Shown: piece by piece, positions 26,051 through 34,249 of the stretch | Numbering within the stretch: the first letter of the stretch is position 1 | Layout: every line of letters starts with the position of its first letter | DNA from: a virus | Lineage: Duplodnaviria > Caudoviricetes | Length of the DNA: 40,468 nt | Direction: 5' to 3' (one strand) | Virus record (IMG/VR): IMGVR_UViG_3300031949_000091 | Span: 1-40,468 of that record | Translations under genes and position numbers: made by a program | The notes under the pieces: model-generated | What the model saw: the letters and a program-made list of their open reading frames with translations, nothing else | Told to the model about the DNA's origin: nothing | Databases searched by the model: none

Positions 26051-26344
26051 TTAGCCCTCCCCCTGCTGGCTGTGCGCGGTTGTGGTGGCCGGTCGGCCCC
26101 GCGGGGCCCCTTTGACCTTGCGGACCAGGACGATCTTAGCGGCCAGGTCGCTGCTGGTTCGCTCCAGCAGGTTCCGCCAACCCGGGCTGCTGGTGTAGGC
26201 GTGGACCGTCGCCACGGCGATCGGCTCTCCCAGCTGACGGCTGGCAGCCCGGGCCACTTGTAGGTAACTGATCGGGTGGCGGCTGCCGGTCGGGATCGCC
26301 CGCCAGATAGCCTGGGCTATTGGCCCAGCTCGGTAGCGTTTCAT
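26051..26344 (-). CDS. Basic HTH-like DNA-binding protein
   Basis: SYLQVARAASRQLGEPIAVATVHAY helix-turn-helix pattern; AAAGGGG RBS. Confidence 0.55.
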   Translation of the reverse strand: MKRYRAGPIAQAIWRAIPTGSRHPISYLQVARAASRQLGEPIAVATVHAYTSSPGWRNLLERTSSDLAAKIVLVRKVKGAPRGRPATTTAHSQQGEG

Positions 26345-26374
26345 TGTGCGGGACCCCTTTCTTGCTCTTGGCCA

Positions 26375-26403
26375 ATACTAACACCCCGGCGGTATGGGGT
26401 CAA
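26375..26403 (-). promoter_or_regulatory. Internal sigma70-type promoter
   Basis: TTGACC-17 bp-TAGTAT with TGn; overlapped by ACCCC-N8-GGGGT dyad. Confidence 0.5.
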
Positions 26404-26404
26404 G

Positions 26405-26596
26405 CTAGTCGGTAAACTTGACCGTTTTGCCAACACTCGGCAGCCGGTCAACCTGCTGCTGGACCCAACGGCGCAGGTGGGCATCGGCTATCCGCAGGGC
26501 GCTGGCGGCGACCCGGTCAAACTTATGGCCCGGTCGGCGGGCGGCACACTGGGCCAGGATGTAGTTCCGCAGGTGGGCTTGGTTAATGATCATCAT
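26405..26596 (-). CDS. Small histone-fold-like protein (prokaryotic/phage histone candidate)
   Basis: 63 aa, basic; short helix, loop RV (DRVAASAL), long helix, loop GKTVK; GGAG RBS. Confidence 0.6.
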   Translation of the reverse strand: MMIINQAHLRNYILAQCAARRPGHKFDRVAASALRIADAHLRRWVQQQVDRLPSVGKTVKFTD

Positions 26597-26606
26597 AGGT
26601 CTCCAA

Positions 26607-27524
26607 CTATTTGCCCTTGGGGCGATTCAAGTAACGGCGGACAGATTCGTAACGGTCGGCCAGGCGGCGCAGATCTGCGCGGGCGAGTTCTTCACGCTGG
26701 CGGGCGGCGTGCCAGGCGGCGGCGTCGATAAACTCCAGGGTGGCGGTTTCGATCAGGTCGGCGATCGTCTGGGGGTCCAGCGCGTCCAGCTCCCAGGAAT
26801 CCTCTCCGAACCGATCGGCATAACCGGCGAACCGTGAATCGGTGGTCTTGGCGGGATTGGGCGGCGGGTTGTATTGCTCGACCTGGTTCCAGTTCAACGC
26901 CAGCCGGCGGACCTTGACGGCGTCGGGTCCGGCGAACATCGCCAGCCGGTCGGCGATGTCCCGGCTCATATCAATTCCGCTGGGGTCGTGGTCGCCCAGG
27001 TGTAGGATCACCGCGGCCTGTCCCGCCTGTCGATAGGCTCGGATCCGGTGGTGGCCAGCGGCCCACATTTCGGACTGGCTGGTGTAGCCCTTGCAGGCGA
27101 AATAGGGCAGGCGCATGCGTTCGCAGACGCCGGCGATCACCCCGATCAGGGCTTCTTTTTCGATCCAGACCTCGACCCGATGGGCTTGATTCTCCCAGTA
27201 GTCGACGCTGTACTGGGCGGCGCAATCGTCAATGATGGCGGCGGGGCTAGACCAGGTCGGCAGCCGCTTTAGGTTGCGGCCACGGTCTTCGATGGCCTCC
27301 CAGTCTATCAGGCCCGCCAGCCTGCCGGCGTTAATGATCTCGCCCAGGCGCTTGTACTCACTTTGCTGGTTGGCCAGCAGGTCCCGGCTGACAAACTGAT
27401 AATAGAGTTGGCGCAACGTCAGCCGGAAACCCTTGGCCAGGTACTCGTCGATGATCTCGTTGGCCTGGTTGATGGCTGCCTGGCGGTCGGCGGTAAATCG
27501 CTGGTTGATGTAAGCTATTCTCAC
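26607..27524 (-). CDS. Spo11/TopoVI-A-like winged-helix plus Toprim protein
   Basis: TLRQLYY (candidate catalytic Tyr), EVWIEKEA, KGYTS, LGDHDPSG (DxD), WELDAL. Confidence 0.8.
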   Translation of the reverse strand: MRIAYINQRFTADRQAAINQANEIIDEYLAKGFRLTLRQLYYQFVSRDLLANQQSEYKRLGEIINAGRLAGLIDWEAIEDRGRNLKRLPTWSSPAAIIDDCAAQYSVDYWENQAHRVEVWIEKEALIGVIAGVCERMRLPYFACKGYTSQSEMWAAGHHRIRAYRQAGQAAVILHLGDHDPSGIDMSRDIADRLAMFAGPDAVKVRRLALNWNQVEQYNPPPNPAKTTDSRFAGYADRFGEDSWELDALDPQTIADLIETATLEFIDAAAWHAARQREELARADLRRLADRYESVRRYLNRPKGK

Positions 27525-27733
27525 GGCTGGCCCCCCTCCCGCTGCCCTTGGCGGGTGGCGATCGCAGCGTCCAGCTCTTGGTCGGCCCAGTCCCTGGCCC
27601 AGTCCCGCAGGCGGTGGATCCCACAGTCCAGAATGATCTGACCTTGGGCGTCCAGAACACTAAAGCCCCTATACTTGGCCTTTTGGTAAAGGACCAGGCT
27701 GGCGGCTTTGCTGATTTCTATATCCGCTGGCAT
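27521..27733 (-). CDS. Hypothetical protein (70 aa)
   Basis: GGAG plus ATG at 27733; GTGA overlap with the Toprim gene. Confidence 0.55.
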   Translation of the reverse strand: MPADIEISKAASLVLYQKAKYRGFSVLDAQGQIILDCGIHRLRDWARDWADQELDAAIATRQGQREGGQP

Positions 27734-27827
27734 CAAAACGGCTCCGATCTGCGCCCCGGCCCAGTCCGGGGCGCCCTGGTTGGCCCAGGCCCTGGCCCCG
27801 ACACGTCGGGGCTCGGGCTCCAGCCAG

Positions 27828-28157
27828 TCAGCGGATCGCCTGGGCGACCCGGTTACAGATATTGCAATAGTCGGCGTCCCCGTTAACTGGGCTGCCGCAG
27901 TCCACACAAACCCGGCTGGATTCCTCGACCCGAACCAGCGTCACCCCGCGGGCGACCAGCCGCTCGAGATTGGCTTGTAGCTGCGGATCGGCGGCGATCT
28001 CGGCGTCTGTCTGGCCCACCACATACTCGATCCGCTGGGGCTTAAAGGCGTGAAAGATCGCCGGCTGCCAGTTGCCGTCCGGATGTTGGTAGTAGCGGCG
28101 GTGGGCGACCAGGACCCAGGTTTGGCCAATCTCGAACCCCTGGGGAATCGCGGCCGC
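27828..28157 (-). pseudogene. Orphan 3' half of an interrupted gene
   Basis: Open frame AIPQGFEIGQTWVLVAHRR...PAIFHAFKPQRIEYVVG...CVDC...CNIC with no evident start/RBS before an in-frame TGA at 28211. Confidence 0.6.
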
Positions 28158-28205
28158 TTGTCCCCGCGACCCCGGGGCCGGGCTGACCCAGAAAGGACAA
28201 GCACC

Positions 28206-28844
28206 ATGTCACCGCCCGGAACCAAAGCACAGCGAGCGATCTGGCCCCTCCACCCTTTCAAAGCGAAGTCGCAAGATGCCGAAGGGAACGATCTGAGAAA
28301 CTCTATACGGCCCTGGCACTTCCCGATCGCCACGGACGATCCGTCAGTCGTTGTTACCAGAGACAGAGGTTTCCGATTCACGCGCCATTACGTGCCGACT
28401 GAAGCCGAACGCGCCACCATGGATACAATCTACCCCCACTGCAACGCTGCAGAACGTCCCCCCTGGCATCGAATACAGGCCAATCTGATAGGTCTAGGGT
28501 ACAAAGCTGGGGATCTACAGAACCTGTCCGTACCATCAATAATGACGATGCTGGAGCAACGAGGGACCCCGCCGCCAGCGGCGCCATCACCACAATCATC
28601 ACCAGCGTGGAAACGATTGAATGTCAGGGAGACGCGAAGCGGCGACACCGCTGATCTGGATGGCAAGACATATCGACTTAGGGGCGGGCGTGATGCCGCG
28701 TTCTTGAAGGCCCTGCAAGAAGCCGAGGGCGGACCGAGGAAGGCCAACGACTTAGAGTCCGTGTTGTGCGAACGTCCAAGCCGGATATACAAGCGGCTGG
28801 CGAAAGAACTTCAGGAAATCATCGACAAGCCCGGACGGGGGTGA
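28206..28844 (+). CDS. Inserted gene, 212 aa, possible C-terminal winged-HTH
   Basis: AAAGGA RBS plus ATG at 28206; opposite strand and more A-rich than flanks; FLKALQEAEGGPRKANDL...RPSRIYKRL. Confidence 0.65.
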   Translation: MSPPGTKAQRAIWPLHPFKAKSQDAEGNDLRNSIRPWHFPIATDDPSVVVTRDRGFRFTRHYVPTEAERATMDTIYPHCNAAERPPWHRIQANLIGLGYKAGDLQNLSVPSIMTMLEQRGTPPPAAPSPQSSPAWKRLNVRETRSGDTADLDGKTYRLRGGRDAAFLKALQEAEGGPRKANDLESVLCERPSRIYKRLAKELQEIIDKPGRG

Positions 28845-28966
28845 TGAGTTTGCGGAAGCGATAGAGGTTCCGCTCTTGACCGCACGATCTGTAGGTTAGG
28901 ACGCGATGATTATGGCAAGCGATCAGGCAGTCCGTGATTGGGTCAACCAGCAGCAGCAGCGGGAAT

Positions 28967-29287
28967 TCACGCAGCGATGGGAAGCCGCCGGCGTTCCCCC
29001 GCGCCGATCGGGCAGGCATCGCAGTAGCAGCCCTGCTCGACCGTGCCGTAGTAGTTGCTCGGGACGGCGGCATTACGGCAAGGCTGTGCGGCAAATAGGG
29101 CGGTGCCATCCACCCAAGTCCAGCCGCGGGCGGGTTTGATGCCGGCCCCGCAGGTGGGGCACGTATGGACCAGCAGCGGAAACTTGCCGCAAGCCCGGGC
29201 CAATGCCTCCGCCACCAGATACAGCCCGCCGGGCTGGCGGTAACCGCAACCCCGGCGGCGTTCGCGGCGCTTTTCGATCATCAACAT
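28967..29287 (-). pseudogene. 5' half of the interrupted Cys-rich gene
   Basis: GAGGA RBS; RRGCGYRQPGGLYLV...CPTCGAGIKPARGWTW...CDACPIG, then stops inside the insert. Confidence 0.6.
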
Positions 29288-29349
29288 GGTCAGATCCTCA
29301 CTCTGCCGGCGGGCCTATTCCTGCCGGTCCGGCTTTCCTGTCTTGATTA

Positions 29350-29380
29350 TTAGTCTAAGCCAAGACTAAGACAGAGTCAA
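29350..29380 (-). promoter_or_regulatory. Sigma70-type promoter with overlapping palindromic operator
   Basis: TTGACT-17 bp-TAGACT; perfect inverted repeat TTAGTCT-N6-AGACTAA at 29350..29369; A/T tracts upstream. Confidence 0.72.
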
Positions 29381-29447
29381 CAGATAAATCGGCACAATTC
29401 TGGTTTTTCTCAAAAAAAACTTTCGACCGGGCGGGCGGTGGATCCGA

Positions 29448-29615
29448 TCAGCGCGGCCAGCGGGCCAGTGGGCAACAGGTCAGGATCTGGCGGTCCGCCT
29501 CGCGCGTGGGGCAGTCAGCGGCGCGGGGGCAGTTGCGGCAGGCGTGGCGGCGCTGGACCAGTTCGGCGGGTGGGGTCAGTCGCTCATGATTTGGTGGGGC
29601 TTCGGTGGCATTCAT
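29448..29615 (-). CDS. 55-aa Cys-rich protein (CxxC...CPxxxW)
   Basis: Below track cutoff: MNATEAPPNHERLTPPAELVQRRHACRNCPRAADCPTREADRQILTCCPLARWPR. Confidence 0.65.
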   Translation of the reverse strand: MNATEAPPNHERLTPPAELVQRRHACRNCPRAADCPTREADRQILTCCPLARWPR

Positions 29616-29627
29616 GGTCCCGGCGGC

Positions 29628-29990
29628 TCATTTTCCGCAGCCGCTGCATGGTCTGCCGCCTTGGTGGCGCCGGACCGTTTCGTCGATGTCCATATCATCC
29701 GTTGGGTCGGGCTGTCCAGACTTCGTTTGGTCTGGCTTGGTGGTAGTGACGGGGCTTGACCGATTCGCCTGGTCAACCGATATGCCCAGGTCTATAGTCG
29801 GGCAGGCAGCAGCGGCGAGCTCGGCGGCGGTGGCAGTCCGCAGGATCCGCCCGGGGTGCTTCTCGTGGTGGTCCGATCTAATAGCAACCACACAACGCCC
29901 GCGGCGATCAGCGACCCAGTGCAGACCGTGGGCGTCCGCCCACTGCCGGGCGGCGTGCTGATCCGCAAAATCGGGCAGAAAATAGATCAC
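29628..29990 (-). CDS. Hypothetical protein ending in CSGCGK
   Basis: GTG at 29990, 2 nt after the upstream stop; 120 aa. Confidence 0.6.
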   Translation of the reverse strand: MIYFLPDFADQHAARQWADAHGLHWVADRRGRCVVAIRSDHHEKHPGRILRTATAAELAAAACPTIDLGISVDQANRSSPVTTTKPDQTKSGQPDPTDDMDIDETVRRHQGGRPCSGCGK

Positions 29991-29992
29991 GC

Positions 29993-30667
29993 TCAGACCC
30001 CCAGCAGCAAACTTACGGTTCCGCCGTAACCGATGCTGTGATGCGGTGGCAGACCACAGTCGCCCGCATTCCAAGTGTTATTCAGTGGCCCAAGCGTGTA
30101 GCCCAGGCACGTTATCGGAACAGAAACACCCTGTTGGGCGTCAAACATGAAGTTCTGTGCTACCACTTGGGCTCCCAGAGACCAGTAGTATGCGCCAGAG
30201 TACAGCAGCGCAGCGTTAATCTGGATCGCGGCACAATCTGTAACAGCCTCGTACACCAACCAGATGCATGGGTACGACGGGTGCTGTTGTAGAATATGAG
30301 AACCGTTCAGTTGGGCAATCTGAGCGACCACGCACCGAGCACTACTGCAAGGCTGGACTCCGTTAAAGGTCAATTGCGCAAATTTTGGGGTGGCCCCGGC
30401 ACAAAAACCACAATTGCTACCGTATTCAATGGGGCAGTTTTCATCAACCACAAAAGCAAACTTGTAACAGGGCCCGGCGACCTCGACCAGACACCCGCTG
30501 ATCTCCTCCTCCGCATCCCACGGGTGGTATCCGAACGCGGTCCACGGGTCGCTGGTTGTGATAACATCCACATCGAACATGAGGCTACCGCAGCGCGTAT
30601 CATGAACCTCCACGCGACAACAGCCGCTCCGATCGACCAAATAGCCGTTAATGGTGGTCGTGGCCAT
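29993..30667 (-). CDS. Cys-rich distal tail / receptor-binding candidate
   Basis: 14 Cys in 224 aa; lower GC in the 3' two-thirds; TAATG-coupled at the end of the tail operon. Confidence 0.6.
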   Translation of the reverse strand: MATTTINGYLVDRSGCCRVEVHDTRCGSLMFDVDVITTSDPWTAFGYHPWDAEEEISGCLVEVAGPCYKFAFVVDENCPIEYGSNCGFCAGATPKFAQLTFNGVQPCSSARCVVAQIAQLNGSHILQQHPSYPCIWLVYEAVTDCAAIQINAALLYSGAYYWSLGAQVVAQNFMFDAQQGVSVPITCLGYTLGPLNNTWNAGDCGLPPHHSIGYGGTVSLLLGV

Positions 30668-31050
30668 TAGCTGGCCTCACAGAACCAGGATGCGAACAGC
30701 GATTTTAGCGCGGCTTGCAGGGCGGAACAGCTGCCGACCATTTCGGCTATCGCGGCACACTGGGCGGCTGCGTCGGCTTCGGCGGTCAGGGCACCATAAC
30801 TGTAGTTGGCGTCACTGATCCGCCAGACCCAGACCCGGGCGCCCGTTAGATCGGTCGATCCGAACAGCAGGACCCCTGTAAGGTTCTTGCCGTTCGTCTC
30901 GTTGCTGCTGGCCAGGTTTCCGGTGATCCGCTGGACCGTCGCCAGGTTGTCGGCGTGGGCGGTAACCTTGGCCAAAAAAGGGGGCCCGGTGGATCTGCCA
31001 CCCGATGATAAACCGACAATCTGGGGCCCGCGCGGCCCTGTTCTGTTCAT
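30667..31050 (-). CDS. Putative tail tip protein
   Basis: Coupled on both sides; beta-rich N-terminus followed by a helix. Confidence 0.5.
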   Translation of the reverse strand: MNRTGPRGPQIVGLSSGGRSTGPPFLAKVTAHADNLATVQRITGNLASSNETNGKNLTGVLLFGSTDLTGARVWVWRISDANYSYGALTAEADAAAQCAAIAEMVGSCSALQAALKSLFASWFCEAS

Positions 31051-33002
31051 TGGGCAAACCCCGTCCGCAGGACCGTCCGCTGCTGACTTTCGGTGTTCGT
31101 CCAGCTGACCGACGTTATGGGCGCCCGGATTGTCTGGGCATCCCCGGCGGTTTCGATCACGTCCAGAATGACCCCCAGCAGGGTGTACCAGTTCACTAAG
31201 CCCTCGATCGCCACTTCCGCCCGGCAGCGGGTCTGGTAGTAGCGGCCTATGGCACCTGCCAGGGTCGCCAGCATCCGTTGCGAGTCGTTCCGTAGGACGC
31301 GCCCCGTCGGCCCGCTGGTTTTGACTTGCCCATCGGGCGCCAGTCCGACCACGGTATTAGGGGCCAACAGCCACAATTCGGCGGGGGTGTCGATCACCTT
31401 GCAAGTTCCATCCGCGTCCGCTTCGTCGGGCAGGTGGTGGATCAGTTCCAGCCGGTAGTCGCCCTCAAAGGCAATTGTGGCGATCAGTGTCGAATAGTCA
31501 TAAGTCGGTTCCGTTATGGTTTCGGCGGGTTCCCCGCTGTCCCAGTGATTATTGGCCAGTAGGTGGGCGGGTTGGCAGCGCAACTGTATACCCCAGTCGT
31601 TGGCTGGGCTTATTATGCCGATCTGCCGCTCTGTCGCGGGCACGTATCGATCTAGCTCCGGGTCGGTCAGCCAGACCAGCGGGCCCAACAGATCGGGCTG
31701 GTAGGTGCTCGGGTTGTGGTCCACTGCTCGCCCGTCGGCATAGTCGATGCCGGCGAACAGGGGCAGCCAGGTCAGCGTGGTGCGGGCGGTGGTCTGATAG
31801 TCCGCCAGATCGCCAAATAGAATCTCCCCCAGGGGTGTTGGAACCGGTGCGGCTGCCCCATCCTGGTGGTTCCAGGCGGCTGGGGCCCCGTAGGCACTCC
31901 ATACCGCCCGCAGGTGGTCCGCGGTCCGCGCCGCATCATGGCTTTCGGGATCATCTGAGCCGGACCCCGTCCCCGCCTTGTACTCCGCCTCTTGGGCGGC
32001 GGACCATTTTGGGACCAGCGTGTCGGCATCGCCCCGCAGGCTGCAGCAGACCACTAGGCGCTTTCCAATCACCCGGATCCGGTCGTGTCGCTGGTCGGCG
32101 GACCGTACCACGTTCACGTCGCAAAGGTCGCGCCGATCGGCGGGCAGACTGACGGCTTGGGGATTGGCGGGTAGACTCACCCCACCCGCGGCCAGTGCGT
32201 AAGGGCTTAGGGCGTAGACCCAGACCGCAAACCCGTCCGGCGTTTCGATGATCGTATAGTCCAGACCCATAGCGGGGTCGATGATCCGCCCCAGGACCTC
32301 AGCCAGGGTGGGGTGATCGCTGGCGACAACGGCGTCCGTCAGCTTCTCCAGCAGGTCAACCTGGCCGGCGGTGGTCCAGGCGGGTCCGCCCGTGTGGGTG
32401 GCATGGCGGGCCAGCAGATATTCGAGCATCTGCCGGCGGGTCCAGGTTGCCACACCACCGAACAGATAGACCCCGTTGGCGGCGGGCGCGGCGCTGCGGT
32501 TGCCGGTCACCGCGGCGGATGGGTCGGCGATGTTGAAGTCAGGAACCCAGCCAATCTGCCGTTCGCTGCCTGCCTCCACCCAGTAGCTATCCACCAGCGG
32601 CGTTTTGCGTAGTTCCTGCAGCGGCTCGGCGGCTTGCCAAATCTGGACCCCAGCGGGCTGGTCGGGGGCGGCGTAAATCTCGCGGGGCTCGCTAGTGATC
32701 CGCCCGATCCAGAATGTCATCACCTGCCCCTCGCCGGCGGTCAGGGATGCCCGGACCCACCAGCCCAGCAGGTTCCAGGCGGTCCGGCTGGCCAGGTCCG
32801 CCTCGTGGGGGTCTTTGGCGGTTCCGTAGTCCCGGCGCAGCTCCGCGGTGCCCAGGTCGTGACCGGAAACCGCGGCGGTCGCCCGGATCAGGTCTAACTG
32901 GGGTTCATACTCCCACGCATCCGCCCAGCGCCGTTTGATCTCAATGATCGGGCTGGCGGGCGCCAGGACCCACGGGTCGGTTGGTCCTTTAGCGGTCGGC
33001 AT
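31047..33002 (-). CDS. Large tail hub/tip protein (651 aa)
   Basis: Start reassigned to ATG at 33002 (TAATG overlap); size and position in the tail module. Confidence 0.6.
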   Translation of the reverse strand: MPTAKGPTDPWVLAPASPIIEIKRRWADAWEYEPQLDLIRATAAVSGHDLGTAELRRDYGTAKDPHEADLASRTAWNLLGWWVRASLTAGEGQVMTFWIGRITSEPREIYAAPDQPAGVQIWQAAEPLQELRKTPLVDSYWVEAGSERQIGWVPDFNIADPSAAVTGNRSAAPAANGVYLFGGVATWTRRQMLEYLLARHATHTGGPAWTTAGQVDLLEKLTDAVVASDHPTLAEVLGRIIDPAMGLDYTIIETPDGFAVWVYALSPYALAAGGVSLPANPQAVSLPADRRDLCDVNVVRSADQRHDRIRVIGKRLVVCCSLRGDADTLVPKWSAAQEAEYKAGTGSGSDDPESHDAARTADHLRAVWSAYGAPAAWNHQDGAAAPVPTPLGEILFGDLADYQTTARTTLTWLPLFAGIDYADGRAVDHNPSTYQPDLLGPLVWLTDPELDRYVPATERQIGIISPANDWGIQLRCQPAHLLANNHWDSGEPAETITEPTYDYSTLIATIAFEGDYRLELIHHLPDEADADGTCKVIDTPAELWLLAPNTVVGLAPDGQVKTSGPTGRVLRNDSQRMLATLAGAIGRYYQTRCRAEVAIEGLVNWYTLLGVILDVIETAGDAQTIRAPITSVSWTNTESQQRTVLRTGFAQ

Positions 33003-33745
33003 TAACTGACAACCTCCAGGTCCAGCGGGCTGGTCGGTCCATCGACATCCGCCCGGGCGGTTAGGACCACGCTGTCCTCGCTGTAGGCGGTGGCGCGGCG
33101 GGTTTGTAGCCGGACCTTGACCGTCGCCCCCTCCACTTGGGCGGGCAGGGCATAGTCCAGGATGGCGGGGCCACTGGTCGGCATGGTTGCCACCAGATCC
33201 GGGGCGTCGGCGTCGGGGTCGCTGCCGTCGATGCTGTAGGCGATCGCCCAACTATCGGCCCGCAGGTCGCCTGTCTGCCAATAGAAACCGATCACCCGGA
33301 CCACTCCGCCGGCTGCCGGCTCCAGCCGAAAGATCGCGGGGGCGGCGGGTGGGCTTTCCGCTTCGGCCCCGCCAGACAGGTCCAGCCGCAGGTAGGGCTC
33401 CCCGTTGGGCCCGACCGGCAGGAAACCCGAATCTATCACGCCGTTAAACCGGCTGCAGGCGATCCACCAGGTCCCGTCCGCAAAGGTGTCCGCGGGCGTG
33501 GCGGGTAGGGTGGCGCTGGTGGCATAAGGGCTGTCGGTTTCGGCGGGCGGTCCGGCGTTGGACCGGTAGAACCGATAGACCGCCTCGTTGAAAACCCGGT
33601 AGAGTCCGCGCCCGGCGATCTGGTAGCGCGGGCGGATCCAGGGGCCACCCAGTAGGCGGCTGGGCAGGATAATCGGCCCGGGCGGCGTGGGCCTCAGAAT
33701 GGTCAGGGCGGCAGCTACGCTGCCCGCCTCAGTTGGCCAAGCCAT
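33002..33745 (-). CDS. Tail protein with Ig/FN3-like beta domains
   Basis: YRFYRS...WWIACSRFNG and PPAAP...WAIAYS patterns; coupled. Confidence 0.55.
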   Translation of the reverse strand: MAWPTEAGSVAAALTILRPTPPGPIILPSRLLGGPWIRPRYQIAGRGLYRVFNEAVYRFYRSNAGPPAETDSPYATSATLPATPADTFADGTWWIACSRFNGVIDSGFLPVGPNGEPYLRLDLSGGAEAESPPAAPAIFRLEPAAGGVVRVIGFYWQTGDLRADSWAIAYSIDGSDPDADAPDLVATMPTSGPAILDYALPAQVEGATVKVRLQTRRATAYSEDSVVLTARADVDGPTSPLDLEVVS

Positions 33746-34245
33746 TAGACCGTTTCAAACTCCAGTGTTCCGCTGACCGCAACGGCGGCGGCGGCGCGGT
33801 TGGTGACCAGCAGCCCCAGCAGCTGGTCGGCGTTCAACATGGGCCCCTCACTTGGGGGCCATTCTTTAATGAGTCCGCCGCGGCTGTTGAATTCCATCTG
33901 GAACAGCGCGTTGGTTTCGTAGGTGCTCGGCTCGACGCCACCCGTCAGGTAGTCGGTCCCGCCGCTGGCGGGGCTGTTCGCCTGGTTGGCGTCCGCCTTG
34001 GGGATGTTGGCGGTGGTGATAGTGGCGTTTGGTGTTCCGGCGCCGCCGGCGGATACGTCGGCTACGCGCTTTAGTTGGACGGCCAAGGTGGCATCGGTGG
34101 GCGTGGCGGCGGCGGCGATCGCCAGACTGCGCAGTCGGATCCGCAGGCCTGCGGTGTCAGCCAACAACAACGCTGCCAGCGTCTTGTAGGTGCTGGCAGA
34201 GGCGCTGGTGCTGATATTCTCGAACGGCAAGGCGTAACGGGGCAT
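33745..34245 (-). CDS. Small beta-sandwich structural protein
   Basis: GGAGG RBS; 166 aa; tail module. Confidence 0.55.
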   Translation of the reverse strand: MPRYALPFENISTSASASTYKTLAALLLADTAGLRIRLRSLAIAAAATPTDATLAVQLKRVADVSAGGAGTPNATITTANIPKADANQANSPASGGTDYLTGGVEPSTYETNALFQMEFNSRGGLIKEWPPSEGPMLNADQLLGLLVTNRAAAAVAVSGTLEFETV

Positions 34246-34249
34246 GATT

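Noticed and set aside
26607-27524. Complete Wadjet or topoisomerase VI system
   Set aside because: No SMC/kleisin (JetABC) or GHKL B-subunit gene in the window.
28142-28998. Insert as a simple inversion or self-splicing intron
   Set aside because: Its reverse strand does not supply the missing coding part; its gene is antisense to the host gene, and no intron or homing-nuclease motifs are seen.
31047-33251. Track start sites at 33251, 36621, 17061, 17763, 21919, 14800 and 30074
   Set aside because: They overlap upstream genes or lack an RBS; downstream starts with an RBS or stop-start coupling fit better.
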